Shown: positions 38,289 to 49,839, counted from the first letter of the stretch. The stretch is 64,000 bases of DNA from Eledone cirrhosa (GCA_964016885.1 OZ024752.1:16926001-16990000), one strand, 5' to 3'. A program made the numbers and translations. Notes: generated from the sequence alone by a model not told the origin.

Positions 38289-38927
38289 ACTATAGTTTTC
38301 TCGTCTGTGTAAAGGAGGTGATTAATCTCATTTGCATATGAAGCTGCATAAGTTGGCTCAACTTATAATAGAAAAGAAATAGGATTTCGCTTTATACAAA
38401 TATGTATAGAAATTTCGTATTTCTAAAGAAACTATATATTCTCGACTGTTTTCAAGTCCAGCAGTCGCAAGCGGTGGTAGGGACCGTCCTGACGAAGGCC
38501 AGTCAAGAATTTATAGACGGTTGTCCCCCTTGCTTCTGCTGGACACCACCAGAGGGCGTTAGCCCCGGCGTTTGCATATCTACGGCTTCCTAAAATCGTG
38601 TTTCTTTAGAAATACGAAATTTCTATACATACTTGTATAAAGCTATGCTTGAAGCGAAATCTTATTTCTTTTCTATTATAAGTTAAGCCAACTTATGCAG
38701 CTTAATATGCAAATGAGATTAATCACCTCATTTACATAGACGAGAAAACTATATATTCTCGGCTGTTTTCTAGTCCAGCAGTCGCAAAGCGGTGGGAGGG
38801 ATCGTCCTGACGATGGCCAGTCAAGCCTGAAATGCATAGACGGTTGTCCTCCTTGCTTCTGCTGGACAACACCAGAGGGCGATAGCCCCGGTGTTTGCAC
38901 CGCTACGGCTTCCTAAAACCGTGTTTT
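38289..38927 (+). mobile_element. Retrozyme-like HHR repeat: inverted segment 38289-38430 plus ~1.5 tandem units
   Basis: Same family as 14684-15080; unit offset ~317; the HHR at ~38483 has lost GAAA, the one at 38801 is intact. Confidence 0.8.
38801..38844 (+). ncRNA. Minimal type I hammerhead, canonical core
   Basis: ATCGTC-CTGACGA-TGGC..GCCT-GAAA-TGCA-TA-GACGGT, enclosed by an outer stem GTCCAGCAG/CTGCTGGAC. Confidence 0.85.
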
Positions 38928-38941
38928 ACACACACACACAA

Positions 38942-39086
<145 letters not shown>

Positions 39087-39311
39087 GCATTGTTGCATAA
39101 TATATGCAGACAGATGGTGCAGTGCACCTTACTGCTGCATTAGTGCGGCAGAAACTCGAGTCCGGGAACCTTATAGGCACCTGTTTTACGTGTGTTGTGT
39201 TGAGGCAAATAACTATGTGTATACTCTGGTAATGTATCTTACATTGCCCATTGAGTGAGCTGAGATACAACCGGTACTGGCATTGATAAATCTGCTGGGT
39301 CTGTCAACCCT

Positions 39312-39389
<78 letters not shown>

Positions 39390-39526
39390 AGTGTAATTTT
39401 CTACACAAAACGAAGGTTATAGAGAAAATTGAGGTTGGTAATGGCACATGGAATATATAAGAGACAGAATATTTTTTTGTGAAAAAACATAATTTTATAA
39501 GGTAAGGAAATAATAAAGGGTATAAA

Positions 39527-39573
39527 AAATGACCGGTTTCGATGGGTCTGCAAAAGCCATCTTTTCAAATGTT
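39527..39573 (-). ncRNA. Minimal hammerhead, U3-A8 variant (weak stem I)
   Basis: Reverse complement reads AT-TTGAAAA-GATGG..CCATC-GAAA-CCGG-TC-AT. Confidence 0.58.
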
Positions 39574-39875
39574 GATTAATATTAAGAAAAATTAATAATA
39601 CGAAGAGTTAAAATTTGAGATTTGAAAATTCAAGTATAAAATTCATTGTGGGATTTCATAGCAGTTTTCATCTAGGTAGCAACAACAGGTTGACTGCTGT
39701 GTCCCTTTCTGGTAGTGAATGAGAAGTTATTTGGGGTGTGGGTTATTTTATAAAGGTCAGATTTAGCAATCGCCAACTGGCCAGCTGCTGGTCAGTGAGG
39801 GGGTGGAAGCAATATACATACACATATCTTCCTGTTGTGGGTAGGAGAGTGGAGCGTGATAGAAAGGGATTTAGT

Positions 39876-40011
39876 GCACTTCAAAAGGCATGCTTGCTGG
39901 GAACAGCAAGAACCCTCCGATACGTCCTGAATATCTGAGGCTGCAGGTAGTGGCTTGATATTCATTTCAACAAACTTTCCAGTTAACTAACATCAATGAC
40001 TGAGACTCAGA

Positions 40012-40012
<1 letters not shown>
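39876..40012 (+). mobile_element. 3'-terminal fragment of the R4/Dong-like LINE, followed by (TAA)n
   Basis: LQKACLLGTARTLRYVLNI* + 3' UTR; (TAA)n at 40013-40074. Confidence 0.9.
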
Positions 40013-40074
<62 letters not shown>

Positions 40075-43000
40075 GAATAAGGGAAGAAGACGCACGAGGT
40101 GACGGAGGTCATGAAATCGCTCCCGTAAGTTTTGAATTTTTAACATATTTAAACCATTTGTGAAATAACAACTCTTAGTACAAATGCTACGTAAAGCACC
40201 CGGCTTGAGCCCCAAAAAATTCGGACCCAAAATATATTGTTATAAGGCTCAAATATTCAAATATTCAACTTTGTATTGTACACTGTATATCCAAAAAAGA
40301 AAATGGCTATAAATGGAAGAAGAACCCCCCCCCCCCCTCCTCCTCTGTATACACTATATAGAACAGCCAAACTCACCAACACCAGAAACTAGATACACCA
40401 CCCACCCTATCACCTGTGTACACTAAACCACCACCGATCACTACGGCCATCATTACAACCATTATCCCATCACCGCCGCCACCACCCCTTCACTCCTTCA
40501 CTGCTGCCACCGCTACAGCACCATCGCTACAGTAATACGGTCACATCACCGCCACCACTGTCTCGGTATCGACATCACCACCACCACTGTCTCAGTATCG
40601 CTACCGCCGCCAGTCTCCCACTTCTTCTTTTAGCTGGCTGCTGCCACCACATTATAGAATCCCTACTGCTAAAAAAGAGGAAGGCATCAAAATATATAGA
40701 TAGACTCAAAAGAAAAAAGAAAAAATAAACAACAAAAGCAGCACAGCAACAACAGTAAAAAACGAGAAAAACAGAGAAAAACAAAAACAAAAAAAGAAAC
40801 CCCCAAAACGTAAAGAAAATAAGAATGAAGAGAGAGGCAGGCGGACGGACAGAGAAGAGGGGGGAAAAAGTAAAACTTAAAAAACAAAAACTAAGTCAGA
40901 CATTCGAATACTACATTACAATGAAACTTATGCTTATTCATTTTTGGGGCCCTTTCTGCCCGTGTGTTTGTTTGTTTATGTGTGTCCGTATACAGCGTGG
41001 TGATAATGCCACACAAGGGCCAAGTGGGATGGCGGATCCACAGATGGCTATGTAAACATACATTCGCCAATCCTCGATAAGAGTGTTTAAATATCGAACA
41101 TAAACAGTTCGAATAACGGTGAAATGGAGACTAGAACGTCATGTGACAGACTCTCACCCAACAGGTGCCCCCTGGCTCAGCAGCAGGAACCTGACTGTCA
41201 ACGAAATACTGCTGATGTTGGAGGAAGAAGAAGAAGGAAAGGGGCCAGAACCAACTGGACGAAAGAATTGAATAGAACTGTTATGCAATGCTACCTGAAA
41301 AGTAACCCCAAGGAGAGGGGCTACAGGAGACGGATGCATAACATCTGGAACGAGATTGGTTTATTTAAATTAGATGAACAAAAATTGGCCGGGCAGGCTC
41401 GGGTAATAAGAACTAATGGGTGGATAAGCGAGCTGGAACTGGAGGAACTGAGCAGAGAGAATGGCTTGGAGATGGCGGGTGTAGTATGCCAGACAAGCGA
41501 GCCGGCGGGAAATGAAGGTGAGGAGGTCCTGAGAGCGGAGGAACCACCCGAAGCAGACAATGATCTGAATACTGAGATAAATAATACCTGGAACAGAGAT
41601 ACGGCCACTGAGGAGATGAATGCTGACGGGCTAGGACAAGATTCGGTTGACATCCTAAATTTAGTGGTAGATGAGTTGAACAATGATAGTGGGAGACCTA
41701 TGAACCTAAGATTTGTAGACAGGAAAAAGTTAAAAGAAACAACAGCTAAGGTAAACAAAGTCATCCCATACCTTGAGGCGAGGAGTCTTCACCAGTGCAA
41801 CAATATCCTCAAAGCAACAGCAAATACGGTGAGGAAACTACTTGGTATAAAAGCGAGAGGAAACAACAGACAAGAAAGAGCAGAGCCGTGGTGGAAGAAG
41901 CGACTGAGTGGGCAAATCGGGGAAATGAGAAATGACATAGGAAAGCTTGAGTCACTACTGAATGGGACACTAAAAAACATAGGCACTAAAAATAGACTGG
42001 AAATAAAATACAAAACTAGGAGTAAAAAGCTAAATATTATCATAGAGGAATTGAAGCAACGCATTGTAGCAAAGAGTGCCAAAATCAGGCGATACGAGAA
42101 CAGAGTCAGTCAGTATAAACAGAACCGCATGTTCGACAACAACCAGAAGATGCTGTTTGGACAGCTTGAGGGGAAAGAAAGAGGCACCGACTTGATCCCT
42201 GGGGCGGAACAAGCTAAAACATTCTGGAGAGGAATATGGGAGCAGGATGTTAGACACAATGCCCAGGCAGGGTGGATTGAGACAGTACAGAGGGAGATCG
42301 GTGAGCAGGCACAGCAACAGACTGATTTGAGTATCACAGTTGAAACTCTTAAGGGGCAAGCCAAAAAACTAACCAACTGGAAATCACCAGGCCCAGATGG
42401 TGTGCAGGGGTATTGGATTAAACATTTAACATCCCTCCACCCGAAGCTGACGGCCATGTTCAATGACTGCTTGGTGTCGGGTGAGGTGCCAGAGTGGTTG
42501 ACAAAAGGTACCACAGTTCTGATAATGAAAGACCGAATCAAGGGTAATGATGTTACCAACTATAGACCTATCACATGTCTGCCCGTAATGTGGAAACTGT
42601 TGACGAGCATTGTGTCTGAGGAAATCTACCATCACCTCCACACAAACAACTTGTTGCCGGACGAACAGAAAGGATGCCGAAAGAAGTCACGTGGTACAAA
42701 GGACCAGTTGCTTATTGATAAGATGGTAATGGGGAATTGCAGGAGGAGACACACTGATCTTGCCATGGGATGGATAGACTACAGAAAGGCATTTGACATG
42801 GTGCCTCATTCCTGGATCACCAAAAGCCTGGAGATCTTCAGGGTGGCAGATAACATCAGAGAGTTGCTGGGCAGGAGTATGGGGTCCTGGGAGACAGAGT
42901 TGACATCAACTGGAGTATCCTTGGGAAGCGTGAAGATCAAGAGAGGTATCTTCCAGGGAGATAGCCTGTCCCCTCTGTTGTTTGTCCTTGCCCTGATGCC

Positions 43001-44592
43001 CTTGACCATTATGCTGCGAAAAGTGAGAGCAGGATACAAGTTGGGAAGGGGAGAGCTTACCATCAATCACCTCCTCTTCATGGACGATCTTAAGCTCTTC
43101 GGGAAAAGTGAGAAGGAGTTGGATGTGCTTGTTGACACTGTCCGTATTTTCAGCAGTGATATATGTATGCAGTTTGGTATTGGTAAATGTGGAGTCATTG
43201 TGATGAGGAGGGGTAGGTTGAGCAGAAGTAACGGGATCCAGATACCAACAGGTGAGATGATAAAGGAAATTGACTCTGAGGAAGGATACAAGTATTTGGG
43301 CGTTCTGGAGGCTGATGGCATAAAGAACAAAAAAATGAAGGAATTGTTAAGAACTGAATACATTCGGAGAGTAAGGAGCGTATTGAAGTCACATCTGAAC
43401 AGCAGAAATGCCATAAGCGCAGTAAATTCCCGAGCTGTGTCTATTATTAGGTACAGTGCGGGAATTCTGAGATGGAATGTTGCTGAACAAAAAGAAATGG
43501 ATAGGAAGACTAGGAAGCTATTGACTATCTACAACATGTTCCACAAGAGGAGTGATGTCGATAGACTCTACCTAAGGAGATCTGAGGGTGGAAGAGGTCT
43601 TATCAGCATAGAGGACTGTGTTCAGATGGAGAAAAACAACCTATACAAATACGTGACCTATAGTAAGGAGCCAATGCTCAGAGCTGTACTGAAGGAGGGG
43701 AGAGTAGGCCAGGGGATACCCAAGGAGGAAATAACATCAAGGAGGAAGAGCAGCCTTAAGGGAAAATCCCTTCATAGTACCTTCTTTGAGAAAACTGAAT
43801 TTAGAGATCCACAGACATGGAACTGGTTGAGAAGAGGAGACCTCAAAAAGGCTACAGAAGGAATGCTAATGGCTGCGCAGGAGCAGGCCCTCAAAACGAA
43901 GTGGTTGAAGCACCATATCTACAAGGAGGAGGCTAGCCCACTGTGCAGGATCTGTGGAGAGAGAGAGGAGACTGTGGCTCACATTGTGTCCGAGTGTAAA
44001 CACCTAGCCCAGACCCACTATAAGGGCTGGAGACACGATGTGATGGGCAGGGTGATCCACTGGCACCTGTGCAAAGTAAACAATCTACCACATTCTGAGA
44101 AATGGTATGAGCATAGGCCAGAGGCGGTGATGGAGAACAGTCAGGTGAAGGTGCTGTGGGATTTTAGGATACAGACGGACAAAAAACTGGAACACAATAG
44201 ACCTGACCTGGTGGTTGTGGACAAAGAAAAAAGATCGTGCCTGATTGTGGATGTGGCCTGCCCGTTCGACACGAGAGTGCAAGAGAAGGAGAGGGAGAAA
44301 ATTAACCGATACCAGGACCTAAAGTGGGAGGTGAAAAGGATTTGGAACTGCCATGAAGTCAAAGTGATCCCGATTGTCATAGGCGCACTGGGGACTATCT
44401 CCAAAGGTTTCCAGGGATGGTTAAAGAAAATCGGCCCCTTCACGCTTTTTGGAACGCTTCAAAAGGCATGCTTGCTTGGAACGGCAAGAACCCTCCGATA
44501 CGTCCTGAATATCTGAGGCTGCAGGTAGTGGCTTGATATTCAATCCAACGGACTTTCCAGTTAACCAACATCAATGACTGAGATTCAAGGAA
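40075..44592 (+). mobile_element. Full-length R4/Dong-like non-LTR retrotransposon in (TAA)n
   Basis: ~1-kb 5' UTR, single intact ORF, short 3' UTR, TAA repeats on both sides. Confidence 0.92.
41124..44516 (+). CDS. RT + CCHC + restriction-like endonuclease protein (1130 aa, intact)
   Basis: WKSPGPDG, NYRPITCL, WIDYRKAFD, IFQGDSLSP, LFMDD, YKYLG, CRIC..ETVAHIVSEC, RHD, RPDLVVVD..DVACP, K..RY. Confidence 0.95.
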   Translation: METRTSCDRLSPNRCPLAQQQEPDCQRNTADVGGRRRRKGARTNWTKELNRTVMQCYLKSNPKERGYRRRMHNIWNEIGLFKLDEQKLAGQARVIRTNGWISELELEELSRENGLEMAGVVCQTSEPAGNEGEEVLRAEEPPEADNDLNTEINNTWNRDTATEEMNADGLGQDSVDILNLVVDELNNDSGRPMNLRFVDRKKLKETTAKVNKVIPYLEARSLHQCNNILKATANTVRKLLGIKARGNNRQERAEPWWKKRLSGQIGEMRNDIGKLESLLNGTLKNIGTKNRLEIKYKTRSKKLNIIIEELKQRIVAKSAKIRRYENRVSQYKQNRMFDNNQKMLFGQLEGKERGTDLIPGAEQAKTFWRGIWEQDVRHNAQAGWIETVQREIGEQAQQQTDLSITVETLKGQAKKLTNWKSPGPDGVQGYWIKHLTSLHPKLTAMFNDCLVSGEVPEWLTKGTTVLIMKDRIKGNDVTNYRPITCLPVMWKLLTSIVSEEIYHHLHTNNLLPDEQKGCRKKSRGTKDQLLIDKMVMGNCRRRHTDLAMGWIDYRKAFDMVPHSWITKSLEIFRVADNIRELLGRSMGSWETELTSTGVSLGSVKIKRGIFQGDSLSPLLFVLALMPLTIMLRKVRAGYKLGRGELTINHLLFMDDLKLFGKSEKELDVLVDTVRIFSSDICMQFGIGKCGVIVMRRGRLSRSNGIQIPTGEMIKEIDSEEGYKYLGVLEADGIKNKKMKELLRTEYIRRVRSVLKSHLNSRNAISAVNSRAVSIIRYSAGILRWNVAEQKEMDRKTRKLLTIYNMFHKRSDVDRLYLRRSEGGRGLISIEDCVQMEKNNLYKYVTYSKEPMLRAVLKEGRVGQGIPKEEITSRRKSSLKGKSLHSTFFEKTEFRDPQTWNWLRRGDLKKATEGMLMAAQEQALKTKWLKHHIYKEEASPLCRICGEREETVAHIVSECKHLAQTHYKGWRHDVMGRVIHWHLCKVNNLPHSEKWYEHRPEAVMENSQVKVLWDFRIQTDKKLEHNRPDLVVVDKEKRSCLIVDVACPFDTRVQEKEREKINRYQDLKWEVKRIWNCHEVKVIPIVIGALGTISKGFQGWLKKIGPFTLFGTLQKACLLGTARTLRYVLNI

Positions 44593-44627
44593 TAACAATA
44601 ACAATAATAATAATAATAATAATAATA

Positions 44628-45277
44628 AACTTTGTATTGTACACTGTATATCCAAAAAAAAATAAAATGGCTATAAATGGAAGAAGAAGAACCCCCCCTC
44701 CTCTCCTCTGGCTACACTATATAGGACAGCGAAACTCACCAACACCAGAAACTAGATACACCACCCACCCCATCATCTGTGTACACTAAACACAACAGCA
44801 TTTTCACCTTCACCGCCACCGCTCACTACGGCCATCATTACCACCACTATCCCATCACCGCCGCCACCACCCCTTGACTGCTTCACTGCTGCTGCCACCG
44901 CTACAGCACCATCACTACAGTAATACGGTCGCATCACCGCCACCACTGCCTCGGTATCGACATCACCACCACCACTGTCTCAGTATCGCCAACGCCGCCA
45001 GTCTCTGCTGGCTGCCACTTCCACATTATAGAATTCCTACTACTAACAAAGAGGGTCGTCCCGATTGTCATAGGCGCACTAGGTACTATCTCAAGTAGTT
45101 TCCAGGGATGGTTAAAGAAAGTTAGTCCAGTCCTGCTTTTTGGAACACTTCAAAAGGCATGCTTGCTGGGAACAGCAAGAACCCTCCGATACGTCCTGAA
45201 TATCTGAGGCTGCAGGTAGTGGCTTGATATTCATTTCAACAAACTTTCCAGTTAAATAACATCAATGACTGAGACTA
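44628..45277 (+). mobile_element. R4/Dong-family derivative: 5' UTR piece (44628-45053) joined to the 3' end (45057-45277)
   Basis: Matches the 5' UTR of the full copies, then the C-terminus and 3' UTR variant also seen at 39876. Confidence 0.8.
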
Positions 45278-45749
45278 AAAAAAAAACAACTCAAAGAAAA
45301 ACAACACTATTAATAACATACATACATACATGCATACATACATATATACATACATATATACATACATATTCATACATACATATACACATATACATACACA
45401 CACATACACATACATACATACATATATATACTTATATATATACATATATACACATACATACATACATATATACACATACATGCATATACATATACACATA
45501 CATACATATACACATACACACATACATATATATATACACATACACACATATGCTTACACACATACATACGTACATACATATACACACATATACACACACA
45601 TACATACACACATACATACATACACATATACATATATATACACACACATACACACACATACATACCCACATACATGCATATATATGTATGTACACACATA
45701 CATACACACATATTTATACACATACATACTCACATACATACACACATAC

Positions 45750-46360
45750 ATGGTGGCTGCCAACTCGTTTTCGAGTACGACCACTACTTTATATCCATGT
45801 AGGAGAACCCATACCGATGCCCTGAACGAGTGTGATTTTTTAGTCCAGCCAGCGACTTGAAAACTCTGGTACAAACACTACACTTGTGACAATTATTGCC
45901 ACATAGTGCTGGGCCCATGGTACCATGTGACGACAAGTGCAGAGAGATCTCCAGATATAAAGCAATGCCTGTGCCGTGAAGCTTTTATAGTGAGCAAAGG
46001 CACTGCACAAAGCCAGTCCCACTCTCTTAATCAAGATGATATTTACCAAAAAGAAGAACAAGTCAACATCATTGGATACCATCAGGTTTGCAGGTGTTAT
46101 ATCAGAGTTTTCCTTCTGCTAGAATTCTGCCTTGACAAAGGCTAAGGGGTCATCTCTCCCGATGATTTTGGATGGCCATTGACTCTTAAGAGCTCCTTTG
46201 CCCTTTGACAGGTTTTGTTTTTAGTCTTGCAGGATGTCCAAAGTCACCCTCCTCACCAAGAAACCTTGGTGGGGTTGCCAGTTTAGTCACCAACGACCCG
46301 ACCATGGGACAGGTTGTACTGGGATACATGTTACCAGTAGCACCAACTGGTGACCTGACA
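45750..46360 (-). mobile_element. RTE-like 5' UTR fragment
   Basis: Reverse complement contains ccccttagcc..tctagcagaaggaaaactctga..aacacctg, homologous to the RTE 5' region at 26755-26812. Confidence 0.6.
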
Positions 46361-47489
46361 CACATACATACACACATACTTATATACATTTAACGGACCT
46401 GAAAGTCCGTCGATTTTATTTAATGTTTACGTTATTTGGTCATCAATTTAGGAATAAAGTAATTAAATGAAACATGCTGAAATATCTCACACGAGTGTCT
46501 ATAATTGTCTCATCTTTATTGTTGAGTGCGTGTTACAACTTTGAAATAAGACATAACTTTCTAAATAATATATGTATAATTGGTATATATGTATAATTGG
46601 TATATATGTATAATTGGTATATATGTATAATTGGTATATATGTATAATTGGTATTATTAGTAAAGTACCAGTCACGCACTGGGGTCAATTTCATCGACTC
46701 CCCCCCTAAAAAAATTGCTGGCCTTGTGCCTAAATAAGAAACCATTATTAGTTGTAGAATTGGCGACGAGGTGAGAGAAAAAGTTAGTTTCCACATGGTG
46801 TTGAAGTCGCCTGAGAGAGAGAGCTGCTCATAATATGTTCACTCCACATGGTGTGGGTAAAATGAAAAGTGGAAGAAGGCAAAATTACATCTTAACTCCT
46901 GGACGGCTAGCTTTGTAAGAGCGGGTACTTTCAGTTTCTCAGTTAATAGTCTCCATGGGACGTAACTCTCATTAACTCTCCTTCTCGCCCCAAGGGGTCA
47001 CTACATACATATACACATACATGCATGGATATATCCATATATACATATACACATACATTCACACATACATATACACATATACACACATACACACATACAT
47101 ACAGACATATGTACATACAACTTCTAACGTGCTAAGTAATTTCATATCGTCTGCAAATTCCAGCCGTAACATTTCCAACCCTGCTGCACATATCAATTCT
47201 GTTCATAAAAATAATGTTCAGCTGAGTTGACTGTATGTACTCTTTCAATTTCAAATATTTAATACAGAGTAGCGTAAGCTATCAAATTACATTAGACTGT
47301 AGCTTCAATGAACATTGTATGTTTTAACATATATTTCCTATTTCCCGGGATAAACTTTGAACAATGTTTTACGTGTGAATGTTCACATGCCACAGATATC
47401 CAATCGTAATTCGACATAGTAAAAAAAACAAAAGAGCTTCTTCAGAGAAGACAGAATGACATAATAGCGGTTATGTACCTATTTATAAT

Positions 47490-47750
47490 ACAGTGTCTCG
47501 TTAATGTTGTTTAAACCCAGATCAGCTCTGCCAGAGCAGGCCTGTGATGAAAGTCATTCCATTTCAGTGTCTTGTTAATGTTGTTGTTTAAACCCAGCTC
47601 AACTCTGGTGGAGTAGGCTTATGATCAAAGTGATTCCAGTCAATGTTGTGGTTTAAACAGAGTTCAACTCTACTTGAGCAGGCCTGTGGTCAGATTCATT
47701 CCAGTTCAGTGTGATGTTAATGCTGCTGTTTAAACCCAGCTCCACTCTAA
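47490..47750. repeat. Degenerate ~65-70-bp tandem repeat (about 4 units) downstream of the fucosyltransferase stop
   Basis: aatgttg..tttaaacccag.tca.ctct..gagcaggcct.tgat..ttcca repeated. Confidence 0.7.
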
Positions 47751-47923
47751 ACAACACTCAAGACATTTTAAATATCAAAGTATTAATAATTCATAAATAT
47801 ATTTTATGCTCATAAGAATTTCGAAAGCACACCATCTAAACATAATGTGTTGGTGATTTGCCTCGGCTTCCCATTTTTCAAACATAAAAGAAAGGTCGAC
47901 TTATATTCAAGTATACACAGTAA

Positions 47924-49278
47924 TTAAAGACGAATCCAATGTGGCAGAAAATAATCATTATAGTCAGCACTGTCCGCATTTCGAAGTCTGGATTTTTCTT
48001 GAGCTGGTGGGAAAAAGTAAGTAACTTTTCCTTTACATAAGAATACAGCCCACCAGCTGAAACTACCTACAGAAGAAATCAAATGATCACTGCTAGATAG
48101 AATAGCCATATCTTCTATTGCTGAGTTACCTTTTACAAAATAAGTACTATTGTCAAATATATTTTTTTCACACCATGGTATGCCATTAGAACAAACAATA
48201 AATATCACATTTTTATAATGAGATCGAAACCATTCTTTTGCCTTTATGAAATATTCCTTTGTAGCCACGTTATATCCATGACTGTCGTTAACCATATCAC
48301 CACGTCGTACATGGATTCCCACCAACGTCCAGTTCTTTACTGATGTATTTATAGAAATGTTTTCATGAGTTTTAACAAAGTTCCTTAGAATTCTAACAGC
48401 TTTCTGTTTAATGTTCTTTTTAAAAGTGAACTGGGAACGGATTTCATCATATATGTGTTCAAAATACTTGTAAGACTGTAAATATGTTCCAATAATAATA
48501 TTGTTATTATTACTAATATTAAAGAAACTAGGATCAAAAGAACTGGCATGGTGTCCATATTTTCTTTTAGCCTTATTGCAAGAAGATTTATTTTTCTCAA
48601 AACCGTATATATTAAATATTTTTTGTAAATTTATGTTATAATTACGAATAGTCACATTCATATTTTTTAGTCTTGCTAAACCTAAACCCGTTGCAAAAAT
48701 AAACATTTGATTACCCAACCTTCCAATTAATTTGATGCACACGTATTTTTGCGTAGTTCTTTGTCTTTCCAAACTTGTAGTGTTATGGTAGGTAGGTGGT
48801 TGAGTACTTGTTGTTCGTGTTTCCAAACTTGTAGTGTTATGGTAGGTAGGTGGTTGAGTGCTTGTTGTTCGTGTTTCCAAACTTGTAGTGTTATGGTAGG
48901 TAGGTGGTTGAGTGCTTGTTGTTCGTGTTTCCAAACTTGTAGTGTTATGGTAGGTAGGTGGTTGAGTGCTTGTTGTTCGTGATTCCAAACTTGTAGTGTT
49001 ATGGTAGGTAGGTGGTTGAGTGCTTGTTGTTCGTGATTCCAAACTTGTAGTATTATGGTAGGTAGGTGAGTGAGTAGATGTTATACGTTTCTTCAACATG
49101 GTCGTCTTAAGAAGAGTAGACGGTGTGGTGAACTTTTCCAATTTGCTATTTCTTATAAAATTGACTGGTGATTTGAAATTAACTATTCTTTGTTGAATTC
49201 CGGTGAAGGGAATTCCCATAGAGACAAAATACAGGGAAACAACAACCAAGATACAAAGCCATAGAAACTTGTGTTGAT
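47924..49278 (-). CDS. Galactoside alpha-1,2-fucosyltransferase (CAZy GT11, FUT1/FUT2-like), main/terminal coding exon
   Basis: GRLGNQMF, GTYLQSYKYF, GIHVRRGD, D.AILS, SVGSFSWW; N-terminal TM segment FLWLCILVVVSLYFVSMGI; acceptor ttcttttattttacAG at 49279-49297, so the listed ATG at 49579 is probably intronic. Confidence 0.9.
48762..49084 (-). repeat. 54-bp coding tandem repeat x6 (TTSTQPPTYHNTTSLE[S/T]R)
   Basis: ttccaaactt recurs at 48767, 48821, 48875, 48929, 48983 and 49037. Confidence 0.95.
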
Positions 49279-49839
49279 CTGTAAAATAAAAGAAGAAACT
49301 ATATAATGTAACTAGCTGGCCCCGTGCCGTCAAAAATGATGGCTCATTGTAATATCTATACATAATATAAACAAGAGATGTTTGTTGTTTGTTTGTTGGC
49401 TCTTTCGCGCTCACTCGCAAGAGTGATACAAACACACAAACGCACAGCCAATGTGTAGTCCATTCGCTATACATATACACAGACAAGTGTGACGAATCAT
49501 AGAACGCTGGACTGCTATAGTTTCTCACCACTCTCCCTTCCCCAGTCATCACATACATGTGTGTGTATGTAATAATCATTTCTCTAAGTGTGTCTGTTTA
49601 TATATATGTATGTGTAGATGCATGCGTGTATTTGTAATTGTATAGTCTATGTATCTTTCTAAATAAAACACACACACACACACGCACAAATATTATATAT
49701 AAATATAATTTACACAAACACACACACACGCACAAACAATCACATAATCATAACAGCCAATGTGTGTAGCCAATTTACTATACATATACACACACATACA
49801 GGAGTAGCGAATGTTAGACGCTGCTTCCTGTAGTTTGTC

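Noticed and set aside
41020-41126. Possible HDV-like ribozyme before the R4/Dong ATG (TCCTCG, TTCGCC/GGTGAA)
   Set aside because: P1 and P3 could not be formed convincingly.
41154-44443. Multiple antisense ORFs within the LINE ORFs
   Set aside because: Short shadow frames with no motifs; they recur only because the copies are near-identical.
49279-49579. N-terminal 100 aa of the 551-aa ORF
   Set aside because: It runs through CA-repeat and Helitron-like sequence upstream of a strong splice acceptor, so it is probably intron.
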